Origin: Shigella phage SFP17
Sequence record: MN432485
DNA: 51,296 bases
Direction: 5' to 3' (one strand)
Part shown: positions 7,174 to 16,550 of the stretch, piece by piece
Numbering within the stretch: the stretch's first letter is position 1
Layout of the letters: each line of letters opens with the position of its first letter
Notes under the pieces: generated by a model
Told to the model about the DNA's origin: nothing
What the model saw: only the letters and a program-made list of their open reading frames with translations
Database searches by the model: none
Translations under genes and position numbers: made by a program

Positions 7174-9229
7174 AATTAAAGTCCTTCTTGTACAAATTAT
7201 CTTCACCCTTGCTAGTCTTGCGGTGAGTCACACGCGATGGCGGCATAATGTGATTCACATATTGCATTATTTTTCGTGCATTACGATAGCTCGCCACCAT
7301 GCCAGCAACGCGGCGATCTGGTATGTGCTTAAGAGCAACGCTTCGCCATTTTGCGCGGCAAATTTGGCTCTCAGATTCAGGGAAAAATATCTCTCTCGCC
7401 CTGAAAGTGTCCATGCCATCGGAAAGCTCATAATTAAATATTATCCCTTTCTGGTTTTTCGTCATGTCAACCGAGAAAGATTGCACCTTGAACCAGTCGT
7501 TTTTTGTGTAGTGCTTTCCGCTCAACTTCTCGTTAGGGTCGATCAATGACATGTCGCAATGTCTGCACACCCTGGCCGCAATATCATTTTTCGTTCCACA
7601 ACCGCGATGAATAATCTTTTTAGTGCGCGGGTCAATCTGATCATCGCATGTCCTGAATTTAAAGAACCACTCGCATCTGTTGCCGTTTTCGTCTACGTTC
7701 ATACAACGACGAGCATAATAGCTATTAAGAGTTCCGCAAATAGGGCAAGGTTTCGGATCTTTACCATTTCTGAATCGCTTCTGATGCTGCGCCTGTTCAA
7801 GTATCGGATCAAAATAAAGCTCACCTAACTCATCCATAGTTCCTGAAAAATCCATTACTAGGTGATCATCTTTCTTGAATCCTTGCTCCTTATGCCACTT
7901 CTTAAGCAGTCGCATTCCGCGTCCTAAAAGCTGAATCAACAAAGTTAGCGATCCAATCTTGCGCAGAATAACAGACGTATCCCAAAACGGCACGTTAACG
8001 CCAGTTGTTAGCGCCTGCACCTGGAAGATGTATTTAACCTTCCCCTCGTATGCTTCCCTCAGCCACTCCTTGCGCTGATTGTCGCCAGTCTTACCAGTAA
8101 TGATCCTGTAAGTAGTCCCATGTGGCAACGCTGCCGCTGCCTCTTTGCAATGCCTTTCTCCTGCACATGTCACAAGTACGCCATTGCGGTTTTTACAGAT
8201 CTCGTGAACTTTTGCCATGATGCGCTTTGTCATGGTCGCTTCTTCATGAATTTTTTGTTCCATCCTACGAAGCGTTTTAGCGTCAAAGTCTGCAACGCCA
8301 TCCTCGCTGGATGCCTCAAACTCTGAAAGGTCATACCCTAGATCGCCAACGTCGCCAAAATTTGTTGGCACAACAGAACCGAATTTAATCAGGTAGTTGG
8401 TGTCAATATTAGTAACCTGTTCACGCCAGAATCCTTTTTGTTTTTTGTCTTCTACCAGGATCGGGACTACGCCGCGAAACTCCGATCCAGTCATGCCAAA
8501 TATGCGCAGTTCATGGCCATATGCTTTCCTGCAACGTCGCATCATTTCCATGATAATGACAGTGTATTGTGTGCGGCCTGTTCCCTCCATTGGCAAGCCA
8601 TCCTCACCAATCAGGAACTCTGTATTTCTGTTCCTGCTTCCCTTTGTTATGTCATAATCTGGATTTGGTACTTTTTCGCCTTTCTTAGTTGTCATTTGTA
8701 AAAATGACTCGTCTTTCTCTATTGCGTCGGCAAGGTCTTCCCAATCCACCTGGTGACACTCGTCAATCCCGATAACGTGCGGAACATAGTCGCCAAGCGC
8801 TTTAAACAGTCCATTAACTACAGTTCCCTCAGAACCAACAACGATCGGAAAGTATGCGCTTTTTGTCTTCAGTCCTGCACAATAGATGGAGTTCGGCACA
8901 CCAAGATTTGTTATCTCTTCAGAATCCTGATCCACAATCTCAGCCTGGCGAGCAAGGACCATCATTTTCAAGCCCATTTTCCGGCACTGGTGAGCAACCA
9001 TTGCAAACATCAATGTTTTGCCAGCCGATACGGACGCTTTAACAAAGAATGGATGCTCATAATTTTTCATACGCTTTGCGATCTCAGCGTATGCAACGCA
9101 CTGGTAAGGGTAAGGCACAATTTCGCCAACAGTGAATCGCTCCTGAATGGATTTAATTACCGCTTCACCAAGTGCTGATATTTGCTTTTCAATGTTTGGA
9201 ATCATTCTAAAACCTTTGAGTAATGCCAT
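7160..9229 (-). CDS. SF2 ATP-dependent DNA helicase with C-terminal zinc ribbon
   Basis: Walker A SVSAGKT, DECH box (GIDECHQV), paired C-terminal CxxC motifs; start ambiguous (ATG 9229 nearly leaderless, or ATG 9205 with AAGG RBS). Confidence 0.85.
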   Translation of the reverse strand: MALLKGFRMIPNIEKQISALGEAVIKSIQERFTVGEIVPYPYQCVAYAEIAKRMKNYEHPFFVKASVSAGKTLMFAMVAHQCRKMGLKMMVLARQAEIVDQDSEEITNLGVPNSIYCAGLKTKSAYFPIVVGSEGTVVNGLFKALGDYVPHVIGIDECHQVDWEDLADAIEKDESFLQMTTKKGEKVPNPDYDITKGSRNRNTEFLIGEDGLPMEGTGRTQYTVIIMEMMRRCRKAYGHELRIFGMTGSEFRGVVPILVEDKKQKGFWREQVTNIDTNYLIKFGSVVPTNFGDVGDLGYDLSEFEASSEDGVADFDAKTLRRMEQKIHEEATMTKRIMAKVHEICKNRNGVLVTCAGERHCKEAAAALPHGTTYRIITGKTGDNQRKEWLREAYEGKVKYIFQVQALTTGVNVPFWDTSVILRKIGSLTLLIQLLGRGMRLLKKWHKEQGFKKDDHLVMDFSGTMDELGELYFDPILEQAQHQKRFRNGKDPKPCPICGTLNSYYARRCMNVDENGNRCEWFFKFRTCDDQIDPRTKKIIHRGCGTKNDIAARVCRHCDMSLIDPNEKLSGKHYTKNDWFKVQSFSVDMTKNQKGIIFNYELSDGMDTFRAREIFFPESESQICRAKWRSVALKHIPDRRVAGMVASYRNARKIMQYVNHIMPPSRVTHRKTSKGEDNLYKKDFNYGND

Positions 9230-9243
9230 TTGGCGTGTATAAT
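9216..9243 (+). promoter_or_regulatory. sigma70-like promoter for regulator/primase operon
   Basis: TTGAGT - 16 nt - TATAAT within palindrome GTGTATAATACAC; divergent from helicase promoter. Confidence 0.4.
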
Positions 9244-9282
9244 ACACAATCATTAAATCATCGTTTAACAAAAAATGCTATT
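9239..9282 (-). promoter_or_regulatory. conserved-motif promoter upstream of helicase
   Basis: AATAGCATTTTTTGTTAAACG + 21 nt + TATTAT; predicted start site almost coincides with ATG 9229. Confidence 0.45.
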
Positions 9283-9294
9283 GGAGAATGAATA

Positions 9295-9768
9295 ATGAAA
9301 GAACAGCGAATCGCAGTATCAACTGGTAAGATTGACAAACGCACAATCAATGGCAATAACGGAACTCGACGGGGTAAAGATAAGAAAAAGCGCAAGCGCC
9401 CTACAGGATACTATGTTTTAAAAGATGAAGTGCGCGCCGGACTAAAAGCACGGCTTGACATTCTTATTGAGTATTACGGCAGCGTGTCAGCAATGGCAAA
9501 GCGTCTTAACGTTAGCCAGCAAACTGTAAATCAGTGGCGCGTTCGCGGTATGATTTCAGCCGCTGGCGCTCAAAAGGTGCATAACGATTACAAAAAGTAT
9601 GGCTGTCAAGGCTATCGCGCTTCATTCTGCCGTCCAGATCTGCGATTTGATTCCAATGGAAAACCGCTCACAAAGAGATGTGATAAGCGTGAAATGTTGC
9701 GAGTGGTAAGAATGTCAGATTATGAGCCTGGCGGATTCCTGTATAAACCTGAAAGCACTAATTGCTAA
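9295..9768 (+). CDS. HTH DNA-binding protein (157 aa), putative replication/transcription regulator
   Basis: RBS GGAGA; HTH-like AMAKRLNVSQQTVNQWRVRG; basic N-terminus; directly upstream of primase. Confidence 0.65.
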   Translation: MKEQRIAVSTGKIDKRTINGNNGTRRGKDKKKRKRPTGYYVLKDEVRAGLKARLDILIEYYGSVSAMAKRLNVSQQTVNQWRVRGMISAAGAQKVHNDYKKYGCQGYRASFCRPDLRFDSNGKPLTKRCDKREMLRVVRMSDYEPGGFLYKPESTNC

Positions 9769-9775
9769 AAACAAT

Positions 9776-9813
9776 GCCTGGCATGATGTTATCATCTGTC
9801 AGGCTTTTTTGTT
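9776..9813 (+). terminator. hairpin + T-run (attenuator-like) between regulator and primase
   Basis: GCCTG...CAGGC stem with long loop followed by TTTTTTGTTT. Confidence 0.35.
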
Positions 9814-9823
9814 TGAGGTGCAT

Positions 9824-10756
9824 ATGAACAACGAAAACTTTATGGTTTATCAAAAGGAAGATGTTCTCCCATATATGCAAGGATTGTGGCGTGAGGCGCT
9901 ACAAAGTATTTGCGGTCTTCCAAATGAAGTTTTTAACGGCAAGCATCAATCTTGCCCCCACTGCGGCGGAAAGGATCGCTTCAGATGGACGGATAAACTT
10001 GGCGATAAAAAAGGCGATGGCGGTGCGATCTGCAACGTGTGCGGTAATGATACCGGAATTGGTTGGATCATGAAGCTAACCGGAGAACCTTACAGCGAAG
10101 TGATCAATATTTTGGGCCGCTTTCTTGGAAAAGTTCCGCAGGACTATAGAATCAAGGCAAATAAGCGAGTATCTCGTGATTCTGGTTATTCGTTTGGGAA
10201 ACAGGCAAGCCATGAATGCTGCGAGCGCGTTATGTCAAAAACACTAAAATTTGATCGCACGCCGTTAAGCACATATGAAGGAATATACCCGCCTGAAGAT
10301 GGTCATTATGATTGCGGCGTTAAAGATGGTCGATACATTCACGCGCTCCCATGTTACCTGGTACATTCAGATGAAATTGATGATGAAATGTGCAATGTGC
10401 TTTTCATTGATGAAGAAGGTAATAAGTCTTTTCTCGCAAAGGACTACACGCGCGGGTCGATTGTGAGAACAGGAAGCACAGATAAGACGATCTATCTTTG
10501 CGTTGACTGGATTGATGCGCAACACATCCATCTTGCAACTGGTCAAGAGGTTTGGGCCTGTTTTGATGCAACTAACATTGAGATTGTGGCTTACAGGTAT
10601 AAAGGCAACAGAAGAATGCGAGTTGTCTGTAAGAGCACAGATCGTGACGCTATCATTGCCGCAGAGGAAAGAGGTCTTGAAATTATGATGCCGATTAATG
10701 ATAATTACAGGCAAGGGATAGAGAAGAAGGTTTACAAACCTGAATCTCTTCTCTAA
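9824..10756 (+). CDS. DNA primase (zinc-binding plus TOPRIM-like)
   Basis: Zinc motif [14 protein letters not shown]...CNVCG; acidic DxD-like core; RBS GAGGTG; ATG at 9824 (track start 9722 is non-ATG and crosses a hairpin). Confidence 0.75.
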   Translation: MNNENFMVYQKEDVLPYMQGLWREALQSICGLPNEVFNGKHQSCPHCGGKDRFRWTDKLGDKKGDGGAICNVCGNDTGIGWIMKLTGEPYSEVINILGRFLGKVPQDYRIKANKRVSRDSGYSFGKQASHECCERVMSKTLKFDRTPLSTYEGIYPPEDGHYDCGVKDGRYIHALPCYLVHSDEIDDEMCNVLFIDEEGNKSFLAKDYTRGSIVRTGSTDKTIYLCVDWIDAQHIHLATGQEVWACFDATNIEIVAYRYKGNRRMRVVCKSTDRDAIIAAEERGLEIMMPINDNYRQGIEKKVYKPESLL

Positions 10757-10773
10757 ATGTCACTGCTACTTTA

Positions 10774-10797
10774 CCCCGCATTGCGGGGTTTTTTTTG
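10774..10797 (+). terminator. intrinsic terminator after primase
   Basis: CCCCGC-att-GCGGGG followed by TTTTTTTTT. Confidence 0.8.
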
Positions 10798-10854
10798 GCC
10801 TTGGCAAATGCTATTATCTGCATTGACATTAACATGCAACATAGGAGAAAGCGC

Positions 10855-12975
10855 ATGGCAATTTACAGAACCGGACAAGCGTCAATGGACGCTCAAGGTT
10901 ATATAACTGGATACGAAACGAAATGGCGAGAGCAACTAGCGCTCATTCGCCCTGGTGCAACAATCTTTTTCATTGATGCACCATTTCAAGCGGCTGTGAT
11001 CAGTGAAGTTGTCAGCGATACACAAATCCGCGCCATCACAACTGGAGGCGCTGAAATTGGGAGAAGCAACTACATTATTTTGCTGCATGACTCAATCACT
11101 GTTGATGGCCTAGCGCAAGATGTTGCGGAAACGCTGCGTTACTATCAAAGCAAAGAAACTCAGATCGAGGAAGCTATTGAATTTTTCAAAAACTTTGACC
11201 TAAAACAGTTGCAAGATCTGGCTAATCAGGTTAAAGGTGATGCAGAGAAAACGGCAGAAGATCGTGCTGCTACTGAACAACTGAAAAACGACACTCAACA
11301 GATAAAGGATTCTGCTGTTGCTGAAACAAACCAGATTAAAGCAGACACCAACGCAATCAAGGCGCAAACGCAACAGATTAAAGATTCTGCGATAACGGAA
11401 GTTAATTCCGCACGCGATCAAGGTGTTTTGGCTGTAAACCAGACTAAAGATCAGGCTGTTTCAGAAATGAATCAGATAAAGGGTGATGTTTCGAATCTGA
11501 AAAACGAAGCTATTTCAGCAAGGGATTCAGCCCAGCAATACATGACTGGCGCTCAATCTGCAAATAACGCCGCTGAAACTGCAAAAAACGGCGCTGTTAC
11601 GGCGAGAAATGAGGCTGAAGAATTTGCTAAAAGCCTTGATGCTGAAAATCTACTCAAAAAAGATGCGAACCTTTCAGATCTGTCTAACATAGAAGTTGCT
11701 CGCCAAAACATGCGAGTCGGTCCTTTTGATACTGTTGGTGAACATACGATTATTTACTCGCCAGAAGGATCTTATAGGCTGGTTATCAAAAATGACGGAT
11801 TACTAATTTATCAGAAAGGTGACGGAACTGAAACCAAGCCATTTGAAATTGCGACTGGTGGGACTGGTGCAACTACTGTTGAGGGTGCTCGCAATAATCT
11901 TGGGCTTGGAACTGCGCAAGATGTTCAATTTAAGAGCATTGTTGCCACAGACGGCGATGTTCTAGTGCCGCAAGCTCGCATTGTCGGCTGTAAAACTGAT
12001 ATTGGTGGTGATAAACGCATCTATCTGATGAACGTAGGTGGCGACTCAAATCCATATGGGTGGGTAAACCTATTGCAAGGGAATTGGCATGAAGGATACT
12101 GGCGGTTCGGAGGAATCAGGGGCGACGGAACGGATCTAAACAATGTCCAGCTATACATGAGTCCAAATAAAGCAGGATACTCCGGCATCGCTTTTAACTT
12201 CATACCTGAGCAGAATGACGCTCATGCTAGCGGGTATGTAAGATCACCTCGCGGTTTTATGGGTCGTTGCTATATGGGTGGCTGGGACGCCGACGCAAAT
12301 AACAGGTTAACGCCGTTTTGGGCTGACACCGTTACTAGAAATAACAGCGGCTGGTCTCCGATAGTGTCAGGTGGGTCTATGTCTGACGGTGGTTACTATA
12401 TGAGAACGTCTTTAGGTATTATTTCAAGCGGCACTACCGATTGGCCCCAGGTTGCTATTCACATGTTAGGTGATGGTCGTTATCATCGCGCATATAATTT
12501 TAGTGAGTCTGGTGGCATTTATTCTTGGGGTAATGATCCGTGGGGTGGAAACTATGACTTTGCAAAAAACCCAACATCTGATCGTGATTTGAAGCACGAT
12601 ATTCAGTACACGGACGGAAAGGAAAGCTATGATCGCGTGATGCAATGGTTGCCAACCATGTTTAAATACAATGGATCTGATATCCAGCGTTTTGGCCTGA
12701 TAGCTCAAGACCTGTTAAAAATCGATCCGCAATACGTGAAACTTGTCCCAGGCTCACCAGTATTTGAAGATGTGATCGGGGTTGATGAAAATGGCGAGGA
12801 ATACATTGATCACCAGATTGAAACTGACAGAAAGGATGATACCTTAGCGCTTGATAGCAACGTTATGCTAACTGATATGGCTTGCGCTATGGTTTACATG
12901 GGAGGAATGATCGAAAAACAGCAAAAGGAGATAGACGAATTAAAGGCGGCTGTTGCTGCACTGCTCAATAAATAA
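10855..12975 (+). CDS. tail fiber protein with C-terminal S74 intramolecular chaperone domain
   Basis: C-terminal SDRDLKHD...[10 protein letters not shown] block typical of autocleaving S74 chaperone; N-terminal QQIKDSA coiled-coil repeats; RBS AGGAGA; ATG at 10855. Confidence 0.85.
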   Translation: MAIYRTGQASMDAQGYITGYETKWREQLALIRPGATIFFIDAPFQAAVISEVVSDTQIRAITTGGAEIGRSNYIILLHDSITVDGLAQDVAETLRYYQSKETQIEEAIEFFKNFDLKQLQDLANQVKGDAEKTAEDRAATEQLKNDTQQIKDSAVAETNQIKADTNAIKAQTQQIKDSAITEVNSARDQGVLAVNQTKDQAVSEMNQIKGDVSNLKNEAISARDSAQQYMTGAQSANNAAETAKNGAVTARNEAEEFAKSLDAENLLKKDANLSDLSNIEVARQNMRVGPFDTVGEHTIIYSPEGSYRLVIKNDGLLIYQKGDGTETKPFEIATGGTGATTVEGARNNLGLGTAQDVQFKSIVATDGDVLVPQARIVGCKTDIGGDKRIYLMNVGGDSNPYGWVNLLQGNWHEGYWRFGGIRGDGTDLNNVQLYMSPNKAGYSGIAFNFIPEQNDAHASGYVRSPRGFMGRCYMGGWDADANNRLTPFWADTVTRNNSGWSPIVSGGSMSDGGYYMRTSLGIISSGTTDWPQVAIHMLGDGRYHRAYNFSESGGIYSWGNDPWGGNYDFAKNPTSDRDLKHDIQYTDGKESYDRVMQWLPTMFKYNGSDIQRFGLIAQDLLKIDPQYVKLVPGSPVFEDVIGVDENGEEYIDHQIETDRKDDTLALDSNVMLTDMACAMVYMGGMIEKQQKEIDELKAAVAALLNK

Positions 12976-12991
12976 CAATATTTTTAACTCA

Positions 12992-13017
12992 AGCGCGGCT
13001 CATGCTGCGCTTTTTTT
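12992..13017 (+). terminator. intrinsic terminator after tail fiber gene
   Basis: AGCGC-loop-GCGCT followed by TTTTTTT. Confidence 0.65.
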
Positions 13018-13153
13018 CGTCTTTATGCCAGTTGCTTACATATCGCTTACAAATGTTTTATATCTATTCCTGACAGTTAGGCGCATACTCTTTGTCGTAA
13101 CATAAATGTTGCAAACTTTTTTTAATTTTTTTAACGTCAAAGAGGAATTTACT

Positions 13154-13855
13154 ATGTCAGATATGACTTTACTGCCTACTGGTGGTGGTTTTGGTGGCGA
13201 AGCTGGCGCGGCTGGTCTTGGCGGTGCTGTTGGCGGCCTGATTGGGTCATGGTTTGGTAACGGCTTTAATGGTCGTGGTGGTTATGGTGGTGATGGTGCT
13301 GCTGTTGCTGTCGGTGCTAACGCTGTTCTTGATGGAATTAATAACATCCAGACAGGAGTTAACAACCTTGGTCTGCAAACTCTGCAAGGCCAAAATTCCA
13401 CAAACCTTGCCGTTGAGCGCTCCGCTGCATCAACCTTTAACGGCATTACCAGCCAGAATACGCAAAACCTGCTTGCATCGGTGCAAGGTTTCGCAGGACT
13501 GAATACCGCGATTGTTAGCGGCACTAACCAGACAGTTGCTGCGATTAATGCTGCTGATGTTAATGCTCTTGAGCGTTCCTATCAGGCACAGATTGCAGCG
13601 GAGAGATGTTGCTGCGAGACTAACCTGAACATTGAGCGACAAGGTAACGCAACGCGAGATCTGATTCGTCAACAGTTTGCTGATTCTCAGGCTGTTTTGA
13701 TTTGCGATATGAAAGCTCAGTTGCAGGAAGCGCGTTTTGCTCTATCTCAGGCAAACCAGACCGCCGCACTGAATTGCAAAATCAACCAGGTAGAGCAATT
13801 GGTAAACTTCAAGTTGCCTACCCCTCAGACTCCGCCTACTGGCTGTTGCGGCTGA
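13154..13855 (+). CDS. glycine-rich protein with Cys clusters (233 aa), unknown function
   Basis: RBS AAGAGGAA; N-terminal ~60 aa Gly-rich, Q/N/T/A-rich middle, CCCE and C-terminal TGCCG; flanked by terminator hairpins. Confidence 0.65.
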   Translation: MSDMTLLPTGGGFGGEAGAAGLGGAVGGLIGSWFGNGFNGRGGYGGDGAAVAVGANAVLDGINNIQTGVNNLGLQTLQGQNSTNLAVERSAASTFNGITSQNTQNLLASVQGFAGLNTAIVSGTNQTVAAINAADVNALERSYQAQIAAERCCCETNLNIERQGNATRDLIRQQFADSQAVLICDMKAQLQEARFALSQANQTAALNCKINQVEQLVNFKLPTPQTPPTGCCG

Positions 13856-13864
13856 TAATAAATC

Positions 13865-13886
13865 AAGCGCCTTTCGGGGCGCTTTT
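13865..13886 (+). terminator. weak hairpin/attenuator after Gly-rich gene
   Basis: AGCGCC-tttcgg-GGCGCT followed by TTTT. Confidence 0.35.
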
Positions 13887-13904
13887 CATCAAGAGGGCGA
13901 GATA

Positions 13905-14228
13905 ATGAAGATCCGTTATGCTGGCTATAAAATACCGCGCATTCATTTGCCGCGAGTTTCAATCGGTAGTGATGATCATGATGATGATTATGAGCGAGAT
14001 AGCAAAAATGATTCAGTTATGGGAAGTGTTATGGAAAGAACTAAGCACTATCCTAAGACATGGGACGCGCACATTGACAAGCCAGGCGGCTTAATGTCGA
14101 TTGTAGAAATGGAATACAAAGAGCTAATGACCGAAAAGGCAGACGGCTCGCATCATGGCATAGAGAAAGAATTAACCGATCTTGCTGCCGCTTGTATCTG
14201 CGCATTGCGTAAAATGAAATCAATGTAA
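13905..14228 (+). CDS. hypothetical acidic protein (107 aa)
   Basis: RBS GAGGG; DDHDDDYERD acidic stretch; no confident family assignment. Confidence 0.55.
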   Translation: MKIRYAGYKIPRIHLPRVSIGSDDHDDDYERDSKNDSVMGSVMERTKHYPKTWDAHIDKPGGLMSIVEMEYKELMTEKADGSHHGIEKELTDLAAACICALRKMKSM

Positions 14229-14242
14229 AAAGGTTAACCGAT

Positions 14243-14734
14243 ATGCAAAACATTAATCAAAATGGCGCTGGCGTGACTCAATTCAACGGGATGAGGCCGA
14301 AACAAATCATTGAGATTGGCGGCGTTAAATGGTCGTTACGGCGTGATGCTACTGATTCATCAATGGCATTCCCACACCAGAAAGTAAACTGGCTTAACGC
14401 CGGATGTGAGCCGCTTGATGGCAACATTCATTATTGTTGGATAATGGGCGTAATTGCGCCAAATATGGGAACTCTTGAGCGTCCGGCTAATGTGATGTAT
14501 ATCGGTTTTCACCAACAGAGGATCATGATCGCACCAAATAGCGTTACTGTTGCAGATCTAGACAGGATGCATGTTTATGTAAGCGATAGTTCAAATTTCG
14601 TTGGTGAGTTTGTAGGAAAATTTTTAAGAATTGAACCTGAAAAGCCAGTAGCAGAAAGGGAATCAATTAGCCCGTGGCCTGTAATGCCAGAACAGCAATC
14701 AACTCCTGAAGGAAAAGAAAATGACGAAAAGTGA
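14243..14734 (+). CDS. hypothetical protein (163 aa)
   Basis: RBS AAAGG; clean ORF. Confidence 0.6.
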   Translation: MQNINQNGAGVTQFNGMRPKQIIEIGGVKWSLRRDATDSSMAFPHQKVNWLNAGCEPLDGNIHYCWIMGVIAPNMGTLERPANVMYIGFHQQRIMIAPNSVTVADLDRMHVYVSDSSNFVGEFVGKFLRIEPEKPVAERESISPWPVMPEQQSTPEGKENDEK

Positions 14735-14978
14735 AGGAATAGATCAGGTAGTTAAAGACCTGTCAGAGAGAGCGCATACAATAGCTGATGAAGGTCATTC
14801 GCCAATATCAATAATGAAATCAGCAATGTCAGATTTTAACGGGATTGGAAGTATGAGCGGAATGTTGTCAATAATGACCACTGGAAAACTTAACGCTCAT
14901 CAAACTGAACTTGCAAAGAGAATTGCTGTTAAGGTGATTGCAGTGCTTGGGATGGCTGAAAGTGAAAAAGGGGCGTAA
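14721..14978 (+). CDS. hypothetical protein (85 aa)
   Basis: RBS AAGGA; stop lies in loop of bidirectional terminator. Confidence 0.5.
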   Translation: MTKSEGIDQVVKDLSERAHTIADEGHSPISIMKSAMSDFNGIGSMSGMLSIMTTGKLNAHQTELAKRIAVKVIAVLGMAESEKGA

Positions 14979-14990
14979 TGCCCCTTTGTT
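14965..14990. terminator. bidirectional intrinsic terminator between convergent blocks
   Basis: AGGGGC-gtaat-GCCCCT with T-runs on both strands. Confidence 0.75.
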
Positions 14991-14992
14991 GA

Positions 14993-15445
14993 TCAGAAAG
15001 GAATGTCGTCGTCAAAGTCCATAGGAGGTTGATTGCTTTGTCTTGGCTGTTGCGGTTGTTGCGGTTGATTCTGTTGTTGTGGCTGCCCACATCCTCCTTG
15101 CGTTCGCTGCTGATATTGTTGCTGGCTTTCCCCGCGCTGACTGAAGATAAGATTTGCAAATCCTCCTGGCATTAAACTTGAATACATCTTTCCGTTATAT
15201 TCGCGCGTTTCAATGCGCAGCGTGTCGCAAGATACAGAAATAACCTTGCCAACCTGGAACGCCTCAGCATACCAATCATTAAGACCTTCTGTTTTGGCAT
15301 TAAAAAAGAAACTGTAGTTTGTATATTGCCAGTTTCCATCTTTATCTTTGTATCGCTCTGAAAGTTCAACCACATAAAGTGTGCTGCCGTTAGGCATTTG
15401 CTTTACTCGCGGCTCTTTTCGGATCTCACCAGTAATAATATGCAT
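14993..15445 (-). CDS. ssb: single-stranded DNA-binding protein
   Basis: OB-fold-like N-terminus, Gln/Pro/Gly-rich tail ending in MDFDDDIPF; RBS AGGAGA. Confidence 0.9.
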   Translation of the reverse strand: MHIITGEIRKEPRVKQMPNGSTLYVVELSERYKDKDGNWQYTNYSFFFNAKTEGLNDWYAEAFQVGKVISVSCDTLRIETREYNGKMYSSLMPGGFANLIFSQRGESQQQYQQRTQGGCGQPQQQNQPQQPQQPRQSNQPPMDFDDDIPF

Positions 15446-15460
15446 GTTTTATTCTCCTGT

Positions 15461-15482
15461 AAAAAAGGGGCGCAATCGCCCC
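15461..15482 (-). terminator. intrinsic terminator/attenuator between erf and ssb
   Basis: GGGGCG-caat-CGCCCC followed on minus strand by TTTTTT, immediately before the ssb RBS. Confidence 0.6.
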
Positions 15483-15488
15483 TGTCAA

Positions 15489-16145
15489 TCATTCAAAATC
15501 AGTGATACTTTGCGATTTTACTTGCTCGTCGTTTTTTGTGTCAACTTCTGGCGATGCAAGATTTTGTTTTGGTTGCGCTGGATTAAATCCTCGTGCTTTG
15601 CCGATCTCAAGCTCTGCCTTGCGCTTCTCGTAATGCTCTTTAATTACCTGCTTGCTTGCCGGATCGCTTGCCTTCCATGCTGATTTAAGCACTTCTTGCA
15701 ATTCGTTTACGCTTTCGCATTTCTCAATGTCACGCTTCCAGTCGTTTGCAGATTTAACGGCAATCTGTGCGTCATCGTCTGCCTGGCTTAAGCCAAATGC
15801 AGCTGCTGCTGCATAACGACGAGCGTATGTGAATGCGGATCCGACACCTTGAGGATCGTTTTTAACGATTGGTAGCTCTGCGTAAAATTTCACCCACTGA
15901 CCGGAAACATGAAGAACTGTTGTCTCAACCTTGATTCTGTTTGGTTGTTCGCTTTCAATCATGTCCTGCATCAACATTAGCTCGTTATCATTCAATGCTG
16001 GAGTGATTGCATCAAGTACGGCATCAAGCGTTGCGTAACGGTTTTTGAGGTGCGTGTTTTGCTTATCTTTCTTCACCTTTACAAACAAACTACGCGCCTT
16101 ATGCAGTGCTGGTAAAACCTTGTCGAATTGCTCTGATAGTTTCAT
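15489..16145 (-). CDS. erf: Erf-family single-strand annealing protein
   Basis: [24 protein letters not shown] resembles the conserved core of P22 Erf as recalled; sits between exonuclease and SSB. Confidence 0.8.
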   Translation of the reverse strand: MKLSEQFDKVLPALHKARSLFVKVKKDKQNTHLKNRYATLDAVLDAITPALNDNELMLMQDMIESEQPNRIKVETTVLHVSGQWVKFYAELPIVKNDPQGVGSAFTYARRYAAAAAFGLSQADDDAQIAVKSANDWKRDIEKCESVNELQEVLKSAWKASDPASKQVIKEHYEKRKAELEIGKARGFNPAQPKQNLASPEVDTKNDEQVKSQSITDFE

Positions 16146-16190
16146 GATTAATTCCCGTAATTAATGGCGGCTTTCGCCGCCTTGTTGCTG

Positions 16191-16469
16191 TTAATGTTTT
16201 GTTTCTTCTTTGGTGTGTAATTTAATCAGATTTTCCATCATGCGATCAGAACTTTCTTTTACCGCCTTTATTGCTTCCTCGTTGTCTTCGCTCATTGTTG
16301 CAACAAGTACGACGTTATCGACTGCATCCATTACTTTTCTGATGTACTCCATTTCTTCTGCGCCTGCCGTTGGATCAAGCGGCGCCACAAAGTCACGAAG
16401 CAACATAGCCATGCCGGTTGCAAAATTATTGATATGAATTGCTACCTCTGACACTTGTTTGTTTTCCAT
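16191..16469 (-). CDS. hypothetical protein (92 aa)
   Basis: RBS AAGGA; between exonuclease and erf. Confidence 0.6.
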   Translation of the reverse strand: MENKQVSEVAIHINNFATGMAMLLRDFVAPLDPTAGAEEMEYIRKVMDAVDNVVLVATMSEDNEEAIKAVKESSDRMMENLIKLHTKEETKH

Positions 16470-16498
16470 GTTTATTTCCTTACGCTTATTGTTGACTT

Positions 16499-16545
16499 AT
16501 GCGGTGAATTATAACACCGCATTTTTCATTTGTTTAGCTATTTGT
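16499..16545 (-). promoter_or_regulatory. hairpin with TATAAT in loop plus shortened motif (AAATAGCTAAAC)
   Basis: ATGCGGTG-aattataa-CACCGCAT stem-loop; AAATAGCTAAAC 21 nt upstream of TATAAT on minus strand; upstream of 16191-16469. Confidence 0.3.
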
Positions 16546-16550
16546 GCTGT

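Noticed and set aside
10801-10854. TTGACA hexamer upstream of the tail fiber gene as a sigma70 -35
   Set aside because: No acceptable -10 at 16-18 bp spacing downstream; a TATTAT hexamer lies upstream of it instead, so no promoter was called.
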